Part shown: positions 20,376 through 34,810 of the stretch, in pieces
How the letters are laid out: each line of letters begins with the position of its first letter
Numbering within the stretch: the first letter of the stretch is position 1
Origin: Macrostomum lignano
Lineage: Eukaryota
Length of the DNA: 64,000 bases
Reading direction: 5' to 3'
Assembly (NCBI GenBank): GCA_002269645.1
Contig: NIVC01002421.1
Coordinates: forward strand, 1-64,000
The notes under the pieces: model-generated
Seen by the model: the letters and a program-made list of their open reading frames with translations, nothing else
The model's database searches: none
Told to the model about the DNA's origin: nothing
Position numbers and translations under genes: made by a program

Positions 20376-21290
20376 GCCCCAAATGAGAATCACGGCGTAA
20401 AATGAGAATCATGGCCCTAAAATGAGAATCATGGCCCTAAAATGAGAATCATGGCCCTAAAATGAGAATCATGGCCCTAAAATGAGAATCATGGCCCTAA
20501 AATGAGAATCATGGCCCTAAAATGAGAATCATGGCCCTAAAATGAGAATCATGGCCCTAAAATGAGAATCATGGCCCTAAAATGAGAATCATGGCCCTAA
20601 AATGAGAATCACGGCGTCAAAATGAGAATCGTGGCGTAAAAATGAGAATCATGGCCCCAAAATGAGAATCACAGCGTTAAAATGAGAATCATGGAGCCAA
20701 AATGAGAATCATAGAACCAAAACGAGAATCATGGAACCAAAATGAGAATCATGGAACCAAAATGAGAATCATGGAGCCAAAATGAGAATCATAGAACCAA
20801 AACGAGAATCATGGAACCAAAATGAGAATCATGGAACCAAAATGAGAATCATAGCCCCAAAATGAGAATCACAGCGTTAAAATGAGAATCATGGAGCCAA
20901 AATGAGAATCATAGAACCAAAACGAGAATCATGGAACCAAAATGAGAATCATGGAACCAAAATGAGAATCATGGAGCCAAAATGAGAATCATAGAACCAA
21001 AACGAGAATCATGGAACCAAAATGAGAATCATGGAACCAAAATGAGAATCATGGAACCAAAATGAGAATCATAGCCCCAAAATGAGAATCACGGCGTCAA
21101 AATGAGAATCATGGCCCTAAAATGAGAATCATGCCCCAAAAATGAGAATAATGACCCCAAAATGAGAATCACAGCGTCAGAATGAGATTCATGGCCCTAA
21201 AATGAGAATCACGGCATCAAAATGGGAATCATTTAACAAAATGAAAATCATGGCCCCAAAAGGAGAATCACAGCGTCAGAATGAGAATTA
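20376..21290. repeat. 20-bp minisatellite (AAAATGAGAATCATGGCCCT) with a homogeneous 5' block and variant 3' block
   Basis: Direct inspection. Confidence 0.95.
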
Positions 21291-22159
21291 TGGCGCTAGA
21301 CAGAGGTTCACTGAACTACATAACAGCAACTACGAGGTAAATATTAGAGACTTTAACAAAACCCATTTTCAGTAGAATTCAAACAGCCCTATCCGTTCAC
21401 ACTGGAGATTTCAGCTTCTGTTACCTGTAGCAAGCAATTCCTGAATTAGCCACTGATTAAACTCAGCGCAAGTTAACCCACACCAGACAGAGCCAGAACT
21501 CGCAAACCCCTTCCAAGCCCTAGCGCGAGAGGCAGTCGGGCGCAGAAGGACTACTGTACAGTTAACCCTTCTACCATATCTAGAAACTAGATTATAAAAT
21601 GCAGAGCGCACCACACTATGAAAGGGTTAGAGAAATGACAGGTCGCAAGACGCTAGATAGGGTGAGGGAGAGACGCAGAGAGAGTTCGGGCAGTTATGAT
21701 CTGCAAGCAGTGCCAAACCCAAAGCTGAACTAAGCTGCAAATAAACCCTTTTTTCTCTTGCATGGCATTTGCTTGCTAGAAATGGCCAGGTTGGAGAGCA
21801 ATTGTTAGCATATTATTAATGCAGTACCGCCACTATGAGCATGTTAAATTCAGATCTGTTTTTGCAAATAAACTCAATTTAACATAAAAATTAGGCGAAT
21901 ACAGTCCTGAGTTACAATAGATAAAAACTCACCAAATGATTCGCAATTACTACCATATAGAAATCTGTTATATTGTAAGTAATTAGGATTCTAGAAAGAG
22001 ATAAAAATTAAGATAATCGTCTCGTATTGCGCTTTCTCAGTTTTCTGTGTGCTCAATGATCTCTCTTGCCCTCTCTATGTAGTGGAATGGGCGACGCCCG
22101 AATCCCCACTGCGTCTTCGGATCGCCCTGCAGCTAAGTCAAGCCCCCTCTACGAGTATT

Positions 22160-22810
22160 ATTGATCTCTTTTCCCTTCTATGTTCTCTCTCCTGCCCTCT
22201 ATGTGATCTCTCTATGGCCCTCTCTATGATCATTATTGCCCTCTCTATGAACAATATTGCCTCTCTATGATCTCTCTATTGCCCTCTCTATGATCAATAT
22301 TGCCCTCTCTATGATCTCTCTATTGCCCTCTCTATGATCTCTCTTGTCCCTCTTTATGATCACTATTGCCCTGTCTATGATCACTATTGCCCTGTCTATG
22401 ATCACTATTGCCCTCTTTATGATCACTATTGCCCTCTTTATGATCACTATTGTGCTCTCTATGATCGCCATTACCCTCTTTATGATCACTATTGCCCTCT
22501 CTATGATCACTCTTGTCCCTCAATGATCTCTCTTGCCCTCTATATAATCTCTTCTGGCCTCTATGATCTCTTTTGCCTTTTCTGTGATCTCTCTTGCCCT
22601 CTCTAATCTCTTTCCACTCTATGATCTCTCTTTCATTCTCTATGATCTCTGTTTCCCTCTATGATCTCTCTTGCACCTCAATGATCTTCTATTTCCCTCT
22701 ATGATCTCTATTTCCCTCTATGATCTCTGTTTCCCTCTATGATAGATATTTCCCTCTATGATCTCTCTTTCCCCTCTATGATCTCTGTTTCCCTCTATGA
22801 TCTCTCTTGC
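22160..22810. repeat. ~21-bp degenerate minisatellite (CTCTATGATCACTATTGCC core)
   Basis: Direct inspection; explains the low-complexity ORFs here. Confidence 0.9.
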
Positions 22811-23635
22811 CCTAGGTCTCAGGGCTACATATGGCTTCATATGTTTCTTGACGTGATTTCTACTCGGGGGTTGCATGTACCGGTTGCATTTCTTCTTGCA
22901 CTGGTATTTGCTTTTGTACAATTGAACGTAGTAGGAGCTTGTTGAGACAACTGGAAACATTTTTATTCCAAATTATTGTACTTTTAAGAGGCTGAAGACC
23001 CTGAACTGATTATTACTGAGGATTACTGAGGATCTGGTTTTGGGAAAAAAACTGAATGACGCTTAAAGAATGCGTATTGAAAATGGATAATTCTAAGATT
23101 AAGCAGTAGTAATTAAAAGTAGTAAGTTTGGATTTTTAGATCTGATTACCTTGTTAATTTTGCGATTTCGTTGGCAAAAATACAGATAGAATTAATGGGC
23201 TTAAGGAGCAAGATTTTCGAACTAAGTTGACTCCCCTTTTATTAACTTCTACGGGACGTAACCAATGTAGAGATAATGGCATTGTGGAAGAATTAGAAAA
23301 AATTTCCCCAGAAGCACCTCATGCCTAATTAAGTAAGTACCTTTTTCAGGTTAAAAATGGAAGTCGATAGTCGAAAGATTAAATAATTTTGTTTCAAACC
23401 CTAAGGAAAGCATTCCCATCACTACTGTTGGAAGAATGACCGAATCTGAGGCAAATGCTGGCGAAAAAAACTTGTTTTAAAACGAATAATAATTTACTTA
23501 CATTTCGCAATAATTTCTATTTCTAAACTTGTCCGTTTCCAAATCGCTGTCACTCCCGTATGCGGAAGCGCTGCGATTATCTCGCTGGTTTTATTTTGAG
23601 CTGAGAAACCAAGGTTAGACAGCGAATGAACTCAC

Positions 23636-24480
23636 TGGCACAGGCGCAGCATGATGCCTGCGTACCCAGCGCACACGCAGAGCCGGTTCTTCAGCACCGA
23701 CTCCGCATCGCAGGGGGCCATCGGTCTCTTTCCGGCTATTCCTTCGGCGCCGTATCTGTTCAATTTGCAGCGGGTGTCACGAATGAACACGTCAGTTTGC
23801 CGGTTAAACTACTGGTTACTGCATGCAAAGCAATTCAATCTTGGGCGGACCGGAACCAAAGATAAGAACGAAGCCCTCTCGTCTGGGCACCCGACCCCAA
23901 CTCCGAGGGCACCCGACCCCCACTCGGAGGGCACCCGATCCCCACTCGGGGGGCAACGCAGAATGCATTTAGTCGTAAAAATGATCGGTTGGTAGAGTGA
24001 ACTCACTCGATATTAGTAGTGATCCACTTGTAAGCAGCGCGAGCCTTCTCCAAGTCCGAGCTGGCAGCCGAGCAGAGGTAGGTGGCCAAGGCTTGAAGCG
24101 TCTTCGTAGCCACTGGCGGGGTCTGCAAAGTTTTAGCGAGAAAATCGTTTGCAAATTTTGCTTAAAGCTTCTAATTGAAATGTACCTGAGATGTATTACA
24201 CACAGCGTACAAGAAATCCATATAAAATAGCTCTATCTATTACCGAGGTGGTCCGAGGACTTTGGCAGAATGAATAGCACTCTGCTCTAATGCTTTGATT
24301 GCGGACTCCATCATATTTTAATTAACTAATCATTTAATTCTCAAACATCAATAAGATATTTAAATGTTAGTAAATTCACAAGGAATCTGCAAAACTTACA
24401 TTGTGTGAGTGTTCATCAATGCGCTTCAGCTTGGACAGGTGGACACCCACATTTGGCGGTCTTTTCGGCGACCTTTTGAC
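23636..24480 (-). pseudogene. Partial KY/hillarin-like transglutaminase-fold gene (exons ~24400+, 24007-24122, 23636-23755); large final exon not found
   Basis: LKRIDEH, LATYLCSAASSDLEKARAAYKWIT, SVLKNRLCVCAGYA; same 116/120-nt exon sizes as the paralogs. Confidence 0.75.
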
Positions 24481-26103
24481 AGGAGTTCTTCACCGGCGTC
24501 GGCACTCCAGCATGGTTGAGGTCCCACGGCGCGGCCAGAACTTCTCCTGGAGCGGAACACCTTCTGTGTTGCGCTGGGAGCGTTGCCCATTCCGAGTGTG
24601 TTGCACTTGACTTGGCTGGTTGACCTTCAAGTGTGCTGACTCGTTTCACTTCTCTCCGCTCACACCAGCACACAGAATATTCTGTGCACCAGTCTGTGCA
24701 TTCTTAGTGCATGGAATTGGGGTGGGGCTGCACCCATCCCCCCAACTTCACACCATAAGGGGGTTTTGGGGTTTGGTACGGTCGTCACGTGGGCCGTCTG
24801 CTCCGCCCAAGGCTTACAGCCTAGTACCCACTAGTCAGCAGGGGTGATAACACAACACGATATTATTGATCGGAGGAGTGTCTAGCGAGAAAATGTTTAT
24901 CCATTGTTGTAGCAAATTTTAGAGAGTACTTAGTATAGTGCGCCCTTAGTATAGCTGGAGTTCTCTTTGTTTACTTAAGGTAGATTAGCTCAGCCGCGTG
25001 TACATTCATACGTAAGAGTACATCATTCTAACACTGGGGTCAGCCAATCAGCGCAAAGGCTTGTAAATCTTAATTTTATGGCTTGTTATTGATTTTTTAA
25101 ACGACAGCAAGGTACCAGCCATTTTATTAAGTAATATACGTAGGCTCCAACTTAAATACCTTGATTGTTTTGTTAAGTCACTGTACTACCAAAAGCAAAG
25201 TACAGTAGCGGCTAGTGTACACGACTATCGATTAGCATCAAATCGTCCAAACCGATGCACCAAGTGGAATCACACAAAAATTGCCTTCATTTTATGTGTT
25301 TCAGCGGTTCAGCCTTAGAAAAGCTAGCCAACATTAGATCCAGTGCAACTGAGCGACTATATCAAAGCCTTCTTAAATAAGGCTTCAGCAAGATCAGTTT
25401 TAATTTTGAAATTTTCTAAAATCGCTACTTATTGTGCTGACCGTTTCTTGGAAAAGGCGTACGAGGTGATGCCGGACTGTACGAGAGTCATCAGTGGCGA
25501 GGGGAGTGTCGTATGGGGACTGAAAGATCAGAACTGTTTTATACGAGTAGTCTAAAAAGTTAAGACTTTCGATAACAAGTTTATAATATGGAAACTACGT
25601 CAAAAGTGCTCTTTGAGCCAATTGTTTTACAGCTAGATTTTGTTCATGAATGTTCCTCGTTCGTCTGTACCGTTATCGAAGCCCATCAACTCAACACTGC
25701 TATGTAAATTCGTCGATTAAGTAATTCTTAATTATCGGTTGCAAGATTAGCGGGCCTCTAAAGTTAAAGAGCCTTCTTTGATAAAATTAGTTAACGCCAG
25801 TCGACCTGAGTAAACCTGATCAAATATAGTCACCTGATTATCGGGAAAGCTTTAATAAAATAAAGTACAAAAAGCAAAGTTCAATACAATGTGAGCGTGT
25901 TACCATGAAAGGTAGTTTTTAAAGTCAGAAGTTAAAGGAGATCAACAGAGTTACAAAGTTCGGAAGGAAGCATGCTTTTTATTAAAAATCCTGCACTGCA
26001 GTACAAAAAATTGTACAGTAAAATCAGTGTTTTCTGAATAAAATCAAGTGGGTCCATTTTCAATCGATATTTCTGTCAATCAAAGTGTAGTTATTAGAAT
26101 CAG

Positions 26104-28315
26104 TCAAATGATTTTGAACGCGTAGAGTCCCGTAAAGGACGCAGCATTTGCGTCAGCAGTGCCGAACACCGACAAGTCGCTACCAGCAGAGCCAGTTTTC
26201 TCAACGATGTCAAAGCCGTCCTTAGTCGCGTCGTAAACTTTCTTATTCACCATCAGCTTCTTCAGCCTTGGCGATGACAGCTTGAATCGGATCTCGGAGT
26301 TGGCAGGCAGGTTGCCATCACGAGGACAGACCAGCGTGACCTGCTCTTCAATAACACTGGTGTAGGAAGTCGGAAACGGTTTCGGTTGCTTCATGGGCTT
26401 CACGCACTCAACCAGGAAATTTGCCAGCATCGGAAGTGAGTTGCTCTTTGATCCACTTTCCTTACAAAACAGCTTTAGCTGATAAAAACCAGCGTGACCC
26501 ATTCTAAGACTGATTTTAAGAAAGCCTTCATTGTATTCAACGAAGCTGAAGCTTTCTTCTCTCGCGCTTTTATCAGCACTAAGCAATTCTGCCGACGCTG
26601 AAAGTGAAGTAGAAGCGGGAATTTTCAGTTGGAACTCACTTTGAGCACCGCTGTCAACTTGCAGCCAAAAACCTTCCTTAGAACAGAAATTATGTTTTGA
26701 AAAGCCGAACTTCTCTGGACTCTCGTGTAGTCCGTAGTATCCCAGACTGTCGTCAGGAAATTCGGGAAGACTGCGGTCAGACTTGGACTGAAGGTGGTAC
26801 GAGACGATGCAGTCGGATGTCTTTGCAGCTTCATTCGTTTTTCCAAACACGTCCAGTTTCCAGTAGATGCCACTCGATGGAGGTCGTGCAGTCACCGTGA
26901 CCTCGTTTTTGTGGTGATTGAGCACTGTAGCAACGTACTTGTCACTGCTCAGTCTCTCGCCTGTGCTCGGGTTTACAAACTTTGCACTGAATGACGTCAG
27001 TGGTTTTCCGGTTCCTCTGAACTTCAGCGTCACCTCGCCGTCTACATCAACGAGAGCTTTTTTGTGAGACATGAGCTCGACCTGGTGCTCAATGCAAGCT
27101 TTTTCGCGCTTTACTCGGTTGGTAAAAGTGTCCAGATCGATCGGGTTCTTCAGCAGTTGCCACTTCTTGCTCTCAGCCATGTCGGAGTTCATATAGGGAA
27201 AGTGCGCTTCGATGAACACCTCGGGATCTGTGAGAAAGTAAAAGTCAGTCTCTTCTCTTTCAAACTTGTGATCGGAATTGACGTGACCAGCGCCCCAGGT
27301 TGTCTCAATGAATCGCCATTCGCCATTCAATTTCACAGCGTTCCATGCATGATCGGTGTCCTTGTCAGTCGTAAGTGGTTTAGTCGGATTGTAGCCAAAT
27401 CCTTTCGAGTAGCCGCTGATCTTGACGCACTCGATGCCCAAGAGTCTGAAAATGTTTAAGTAAAGTGTTTCGCTATTTCATAATATATTTTGCCTGTCGA
27501 ACTCAGGAAACGTATTAAATATTTCAAAGAAGTTCACAATGCTTTATGTATTGACTAAAGAAATTAACTAAAGAAATTTGCTTTATACTACTTACTGAAG
27601 TAGACTGAGGCTGATTGAAGCGTATCCTTCGCACACCGAAGTCCCATTCTTGAGGACTGATTGCGGATCGTTGGGAGACTTTTCTTTTTTCCCGAAGTAT
27701 CCGTCAATATCGTAACTGCAGCATGGGGATGCGAAAAATAATGGTGTTCTCACGTCTGAAAGTGCTCAACAGGAAGAGAGCAGCTTATCACCTACCTGAT
27801 GTTAGCTGTGACCCATTTGTAAACAGCTCGAATTTTTTCTAAATCAGTGCTTGCTGCCGAGCCGAGGTAGGTGGCCAGGGACTCAAGCGACTGCTTAGCG
27901 GCCGGCGGAGTCTGAGGGGAAATATATGGAATGCTTTTGAAGCCTGTTCGACGCTTGAAAGAGATTAAATATTGGAAAAATAGGCAAATAAATTTATTTT
28001 TAATAGCCTAGTTTCACGAGACCATTTCTTTCGACCCAAAGCACCTTCTGCCAACAATGAAACATTCCAATTAAATCATTTTGATAACGGGCCTGAATTA
28101 TGAGCCAATTAGCAAAATCGCATTTCGCATTGCTGGACTATTACAGTTTTGTAGCTGAAACTGCGCCTAATTTCATAATAAATTCGCTTCTCTTTACTCA
28201 CTTTTCTAACGTGCTCGTCGATTTTCTTGAGCGCCGAGAAATCCGCAGTCGTCCTGGCCGACTGTTTGGCCGCCGGGGTAGGCGCCACCGCTCTTTTGCT
28301 CGGGGCGCAGCCCAT
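26104..28315 (-). CDS. KY/hillarin-like transglutaminase-fold protein, 563 aa (exons 28202-28315, 27796-27911, 27596-27715, 26104-27445)
   Basis: GT-AG junctions in phase; VCEGYA (Cys), HAWNAV (His), FIETTWG (Asp position is Glu); N-terminus MGCAPS. Confidence 0.88.
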
Positions 28316-29329
28316 TGCTCAGTGCTCTGCAGTTGAGTATTGATAATTAAGTTGCTTTTGGCTTGAAAATGAAATCAGAAATTATTTCGGTTCTCAAGTT
28401 CGCGCAAACAGCTTTAATAAAAACAACTATTAGTACTTAGAGAGCTCATCTCATTGGACAGTTTTATAAAACCATCCGCATCGGCAGTTGCAAGCATACT
28501 CAGATGCCCAGCTGCCTAGGAACTCAAAGTGAAAAAAAAACTTTAGTTTGTACTGAGTTTGGCCAGAATCTCTATCCCATATTCAAGTCTTCCTGCAGTG
28601 CGCAATGGACAATGCACTTGTTTGGATGGCGCCACCCACGCCACTTCAGGATATGCTGCAATGGGTCTCAGCTACCCCTCCCCGTACTCAGTAAACTATT
28701 CTCGCCGGTTACTCGTCTCTTGTTAAACCTAAGCAGCTCTCATTTCAATGATAATTTTGAAGAGTTTCTCTGCCACTGAGTGCTACAGAAATAGATTATA
28801 TCGTCGTGAGAAGCGAAGCAGCTCTATTTGTGTATTCATCATTCTAAAATTAATTACAAGCCAGAAATTTATGAGCGCGGCTCACTGTATCTCCCCTGTT
28901 CTCTTTCTTAATTCTGTACGATTCTTCTGTGCCTTTCAGTGTTGCATCGGGTTTCATTCTTCATTTTCTTTCAATTCAGGTCTCTAATTGTTGCTAGAGA
29001 TGCAAAATTAGCGCAAGTAGATGGTCTCTCTGCTCATGGCTTGTTTTATCTCTCAATGGATTTTATAGCAACAGCATAGATTTTTCATTACAAAACGCAG
29101 AATTTTCGGAATAAAAATCATTTTGCGAATCATTCTAATTAATTTTCATTTCATTTTCTGCCTCGCAACTTTCTAATAACATATAAAGGTTTCAGTTTTT
29201 CTGCAAGGTGTCCAGCAAAAAAATGATGCTGCTGTGCTTTGATTTTCATAAAACTGAGGTCTGTTGTGAAGGATTTAGCAGATAATCGAGTACTCGTATT
29301 TTGTGAATAAGACTTTGCCCAATTTGCTG

Positions 29330-29850
29330 AGTGCTGACTTTGCTGACATTGCCGACTTTGCTGACTTTGCTGACTTTGCTGGCTTTGCTGACATTGCCGA
29401 CTTTGCTGACTTTGCTGACTTTGCCGACTTTGCCGACTTTGCTGACTTTGCTGACTTTGCTGACTTTGCCGACTTTGCTGACTTTGTTGACTTTGCTGAC
29501 TTTGCTGACTTTGCTGACTTTGCTGACTTTGCTGACTTTGCCGACTTTGCTGACTTTGTTGACTTTGCTGACTTTGCTGACTTTGCTGACTTTGTTGACT
29601 TTGCCGACTTTGCTGACTTTGCTGACTTTGCCGACTTTGCTGACTTTGCCGACTTTGCTGACTTTGCTGACTTTGCTGACTTTGCTGACTTTGCTGACTT
29701 TGCCGACTTTGCTGACTTTGCTGACTTTGCTGACTTTGCTGACTTTGCTGACTTTGCTGACTTTGCTGATTCTCTTCTCTTTACTCACTATTCTGACGTG
29801 TTCGTCGATATTCTTCAGCTTTGCGCCATGCTCGTATTGGTAGCACAAGA
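29330..29850 (-). repeat. 9-bp microsatellite (GACTTTGCT)n (~29330-29770) next to an orphan copy of the KY-like exon-1 end (~29788-29850)
   Basis: KLKNIDEHVRI|GTGAGTAAAGAGA matches the exon1/intron1 junction at 28202. Confidence 0.8.
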
Positions 29851-31032
29851 AGATCAGTTCTCTGCTCAATGCTGATTGTCCATGTTTTTCTATCTTTCAC
29901 CGGATTCAAAAGCAATAGCTATCCGGTTTTTAGGTCGTAACTTTATATAGGATCTACGAGTACTGAGGTTTTTATTTTTTGCGATAATGTCATAAATAAT
30001 ATTGCTGATGTTCACAAAACTAAGGCCCGTTGTGAAGGATAGGACGCTGGCCTTTGATCTGACTATTTTCCCAAGTTCTTTTTCCAATAATCTATCTAGG
30101 TTTTTGGTGTCACTTCCACATCCCCAGTGTTCGCTGCACTGTCGCAACTCTAGCCGTCTGCATAAGTGTATCAATAATAATAATAATACGTTAATATAAA
30201 TATATAATATATAAAATATTTAGGTTTATAATCATTTCCCACTGTTTAAAATTACCCTGAGGTCTTTGAAATCAACAATAGCTATTCGAAGGTTTCAAAC
30301 CTCTACGTAAATAATAAAACTGACAATATGACAAACCAAATTTCAGAAATCGATCGAGCTTGTACACGAAGTCTTGCCTGGATAAAAATATTACGAAATT
30401 TTGTCAGTAAAACTATGTGTAAATTTGACTTTCAAATATCACTGGGACAACTATGTTTTAAATAATTACATTAAAAATTTGCTAAGTTGAAATTATCTAA
30501 AACACAAACGGGAAAAGGAAAAAAACAAAATAAATGGCGATAGCATCACGTTTTCTTGCAATTTTGGTATTGTTATATGTATTTCAATTGACAAAAGATT
30601 TGGTAGCTGGTGGCCTGTAAGGTGAAATGGGAATTTCAATGGAGCATCTTCCTCCTCCGTCAGTTAAAAGTACATCTAAAGATACAAAAAGTGCAAGGAA
30701 ACATGAAGCTACCGCCATTTTTTAGCTTTTTATTTCTTTCATCTCGAGGTGTCCAAAAAAGACGAAAAGTTCAATTGACTGTTTCGTACTTTTTTCTCCC
30801 TAAAATCGATCTCCTGGGTGCTGTGATCTGGGACAATCAGGCGGACAAGATCAGACGATTAACTATTCATAGAAAGCTTTGCATGAACAAAAGCGGAGAC
30901 GACTCTAGACAACCTCTGAATTTTATCCAATACACCAATGCAAAGCTTAGCTTGGACACAACTATCATTTAGGAAGTCATAAAAAGTACAGAGTGGATAC
31001 GCAAATTATTTTAGTGTAAGTTTGTTACGCCG

Positions 31033-33939
31033 TCACACGACACGGTATTTGCAGATTCCGACATATGAGTTGGCACTCTTGTCAGCGGACCCGTACACCG
31101 TCAGGTCGCTGCCAGCTGGTCCAGTTCTCACTACGAATTCAAAGCCTGCCTCAGTCCTGCTGTGAACGCTGCTATTCACCATCAGCTTCTTCAGCGTCGG
31201 AGAGGTCAATTTGAACACAACTTCAGAGTTTGCTGACAGCTCACCATCGCGCGGACTCTCTAAGGACACTTGTTCTTTGGAGAAACTTGCATAGGTCTCT
31301 GGGAACTGCCTCGGTTGATCAAGTGGCCGTGTGCACTCGATTAGGAAATTCGCAAGTAGCTTATACCTTTCCCTGTTTGAGTTACTAGGCTTGCAAAAAA
31401 GTTGAAGTTTATAAAAAAAATTTCGGCTCATTCTGATGTTGACTTTCAAATAGTCTTTCTTGGTCTCCACAAGGCTGAATTCTCGTATGTCTGCGCTATC
31501 ATCGGCACTGCAGAGCGAAACCACGGCGTAGACGAGCTCAGTCGTTGGAAATTTTAGTTCGCACTGCCCGTCAGAATCTTTTATGAAGAACTCGGTTTCG
31601 GTAACAAATTGGTGTGCAAAACTGAAATCCTTCGGATTCAATTGAATCCCGTAGAAGCCATTATAGTCAGGAAACATCTCTAGGGCGCTCAACGCCGTCG
31701 TACATTCAATAAGAAAAACAGCCAGGCAGGAAAACGCACTATCCTGTGCGTTAAATTCCTTAAAAAACAGTTGCAACACGTAATACCCAATCCGACGCAT
31801 TCGTAGGTTGATCCTCAGACAATTGTTAGTCACTTCAACGGCACACGCTCGCTTATCCGGCTTTGAGTCATTAGCGAAAATAAGCTTCGCCAAAGCTTGC
31901 TGCGGCTTTGTAAATGGAATTTCCAAAGCATGAACTCCACCTTGATTTTTAATAAAAAAACCACAATTAACGCAGTCTTTTGTGAATCCAGCCTTCTCTG
32001 GACTCTCGTGCAGTCCGTAGTATCCCAGACTGTTGTCAGGAAATTCGGGTAGATGGCGGTCAGACTTGGACTGAAGGTGGTACGACACGATGCAGTCGGA
32101 TGTCTTTGCAGCTTCATTCGTTTTTCCAAACACATCCAGTTTCCAGTAGACGCCACTCGATGGAGGTCGTGCAGTCACCGTGACCTCGTTTTTGTGGTGA
32201 TCGAGCACTGTAGCAACGTACTTGTCACTGCTCAGTCTCTCGCCTGTGCTCGGGTTTACAAACTTTGCACTGAATGACGTCAGTGGTTTTCCGTTTCCTC
32301 TGAACTTCAGCGTCACCTCGCCGTCTACATCAACGAGAGCTTTGTTGTGAGACACGAGCTCGACCTGGTGCTCAATGCAAGCTTTTTCTCGCTTTACTCG
32401 GCTGCTGAAAGTGCTCAGATCGATCGGGTTCTTCAGCAGTTGCCACTTCTTGCTCTCAGCCATGTCGGAGTTGATATAGGGAAAGTGCGCTTCGATGAAC
32501 ACCTCGGGATCTGTGAGAAAGTAAAAGTCAGTCTCGTTTCTTTCAAACTTGTGATCGGAATTGACGGGACCAGCGCCCCAGGTGGTGTCAATGAGTCGCC
32601 ATTGGCCGTTCAGTTTCACAGCGTTCCATGCGTGACTGGTGTCCTTGTCAGTCGTAAGCGGTTTAGTCGGATTATAGCTAAATCCTTTTGAGTAGCCACT
32701 GATCTTGACGCACTCGATGCCTAAGAGTCTACAATTGGTTTTAATGACTGAAGCCTTCATTTTACAGGCGAATTAAAAGTTCTGCGGTAGCAGTGTACGA
32801 ATATTTAGTTCTTTAATTTGGCTGTGCACTTTACTTGACTCCTGAAACTTACTGACACAGACTGAGGCATATCGTGGCGTATCCTTCGCACACAGACTTT
32901 CCCGTCCGCAGAACAGACGCGGCGTCGTTCGGTGACTTATCTTTCTTTCCGAAGTAGCCATCCACATCGTAGCTAAAATAAAAAATAATAATTTTTCTTT
33001 AGATTTTTATTAAGTCTTAAGAAGGGTTGAGGGCCAGGCAAAATTATTTATAGTTTGCTGCACATGCGCGCATTGACAAGGCATGTCACGCCTCCTTTCG
33101 AAAAATTCCATAACTGCATGCACATCAATACTTGGTCTGCTATGAATCTTGAAATAGATTGTAAAAGAACCGACCTGATATTTCCAGTGATCCATTTGTA
33201 GACAGCACGAATTTTCTCCAGATCAGAAGTGGCAGCTGAGCCCAGGTAGGCAGCCAGAGACTCCAGGGACCTCCTTGCTGCTAGGGGAGTCTGAAAATTT
33301 CAAATTAGTCGAATGCTCATGCGAGCTTTTCCACTCTCCTTATCGAAGCGCAACGCACCCTTTTGACATGCTCATCGATATGCTTGAGTGCTGCAATATC
33401 CGGCTTAAAAATTATGGACTGCGGCTCGACCTTGGGCTCGACCTTGGGCTTGACCTTGGGCTCGACCTTGGGCTCGACCTTGGGCTCGACCTTGGGCTCG
33501 ACCTTGGGCTCGACCTTGGGCTCGACCTTGGGCTCGACCTTGGGCTCGACCTTGGGCTCGACCTTGGGCTTGACCTTGGGCTCGACCTTGGGCTCGACCT
33601 TGGGCTCGACCTTGGGCTCGACCTTGGGCTTGACCTTGAGCAAGTGAAAAAATTTTCATGCTTTTTTTATGAAACTTACAATAAACTAATTTATTACACT
33701 TATTTAAACTCAGAAATGATTAATCGTCCTTTTAATCGTTTGCTTACGTCATCATTGCTCCATTTAGTCTGGATTTTTGGCACCGCTGATGCATTTACGC
33801 TCCGAGGCTGGAAAAGCCATGGCTCTGTTTTGTCCTGAGTCCTGAGCTCCGACAGCGCCTGCACTTGCGCTTTGCCATTTCTTGGGTCAGCCTGACCCAG
33901 AGGAGCAACGCTGGAAGACTTGCTGCAGCAGCAACCCAT
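31033..33939 (-). CDS. KY/hillarin-like transglutaminase-fold protein, 799 aa (exons 33748-33939, 33359-33634, 33175-33290, 32853-32972, 31033-32728)
   Basis: In-phase GT-AG junctions; VCEGYA, HAWNAV, LIDTTWG triad; MGCCCS N-terminus; extra C-terminal repeat. Confidence 0.88.
33420..33634 (-). repeat. Coding 12-bp repeat encoding (KVEP)n
   Basis: Lies inside the 276-nt phase-0 exon 33359-33634. Confidence 0.85.
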
Positions 33940-34810
33940 GTGTGCGCGGCTGTCCTGTGCAAACTTGCCTGAGACTCCCGGCAAGTTCTTTTAAGCCGCA
34001 GCGGTGCGATAAGATACGAGCACTGGCAGCAGGCAGCATCCTGCTGCTGTAGTTTTTATTCTACTAAAAGAAGAGTTGATATCAGTGCTTCACGTAGTCG
34101 TTTGCACTGAAAATTTGCGTGTCCTACAGTGTATTCTCGCTGCCTATACTAGTTGGTATGGCAACCAGAATATCAAATAGGTCAGCTCTCTTTCCCTACT
34201 CAGTCTGCGCCCAGAGGTTGAGCCCTTGGCTACGAACAGTACGGAGCAGCGCATGCTGATAAAGTCGCGGGTGAAACCGCCGGCTTTATGCAAACTTCTT
34301 TACTCTCAAGCTGATCGTTGCGTTTCCATTCGCAGCGATAGAACTATTATAACACAGGTGATTTGAAGCACTTTTAAATATTTAATTAATTTAATTCTAA
34401 ATTAAACAAAAATTGTGAGCAAATTAGGTGGAGCTCATTTATTTTATTTTGAAGCAATTGTGAGTTCTTTAGAGACATCTAGTTTGAGTGTAGAAACTGT
34501 GGCACAGTGTCTGGATTTCAAGTTAATGAAAGGCATCGAAAAGTTTTGCACCCTGATTTCAAACTTGTTCAAACAGTTTCCTTGGTCAAATTAATGCAAA
34601 TTAATTTTGAGAGTAAAATTCAATTTTAACAAAGATAGCATAAAGTTTGAATTGAATCGGAAAATTACCTGAGATGTGGAAAAAGCATGGTAAATCTGAA
34701 TAGACATTTAAAACCTCGAAATTTGCATTTGCACATGATACTACTATGTCAATTTGAGTTTTAAGTAGCATTGTAGGTTTGTGAAATTCTAGAACCATAC
34801 GCTCACAAGT

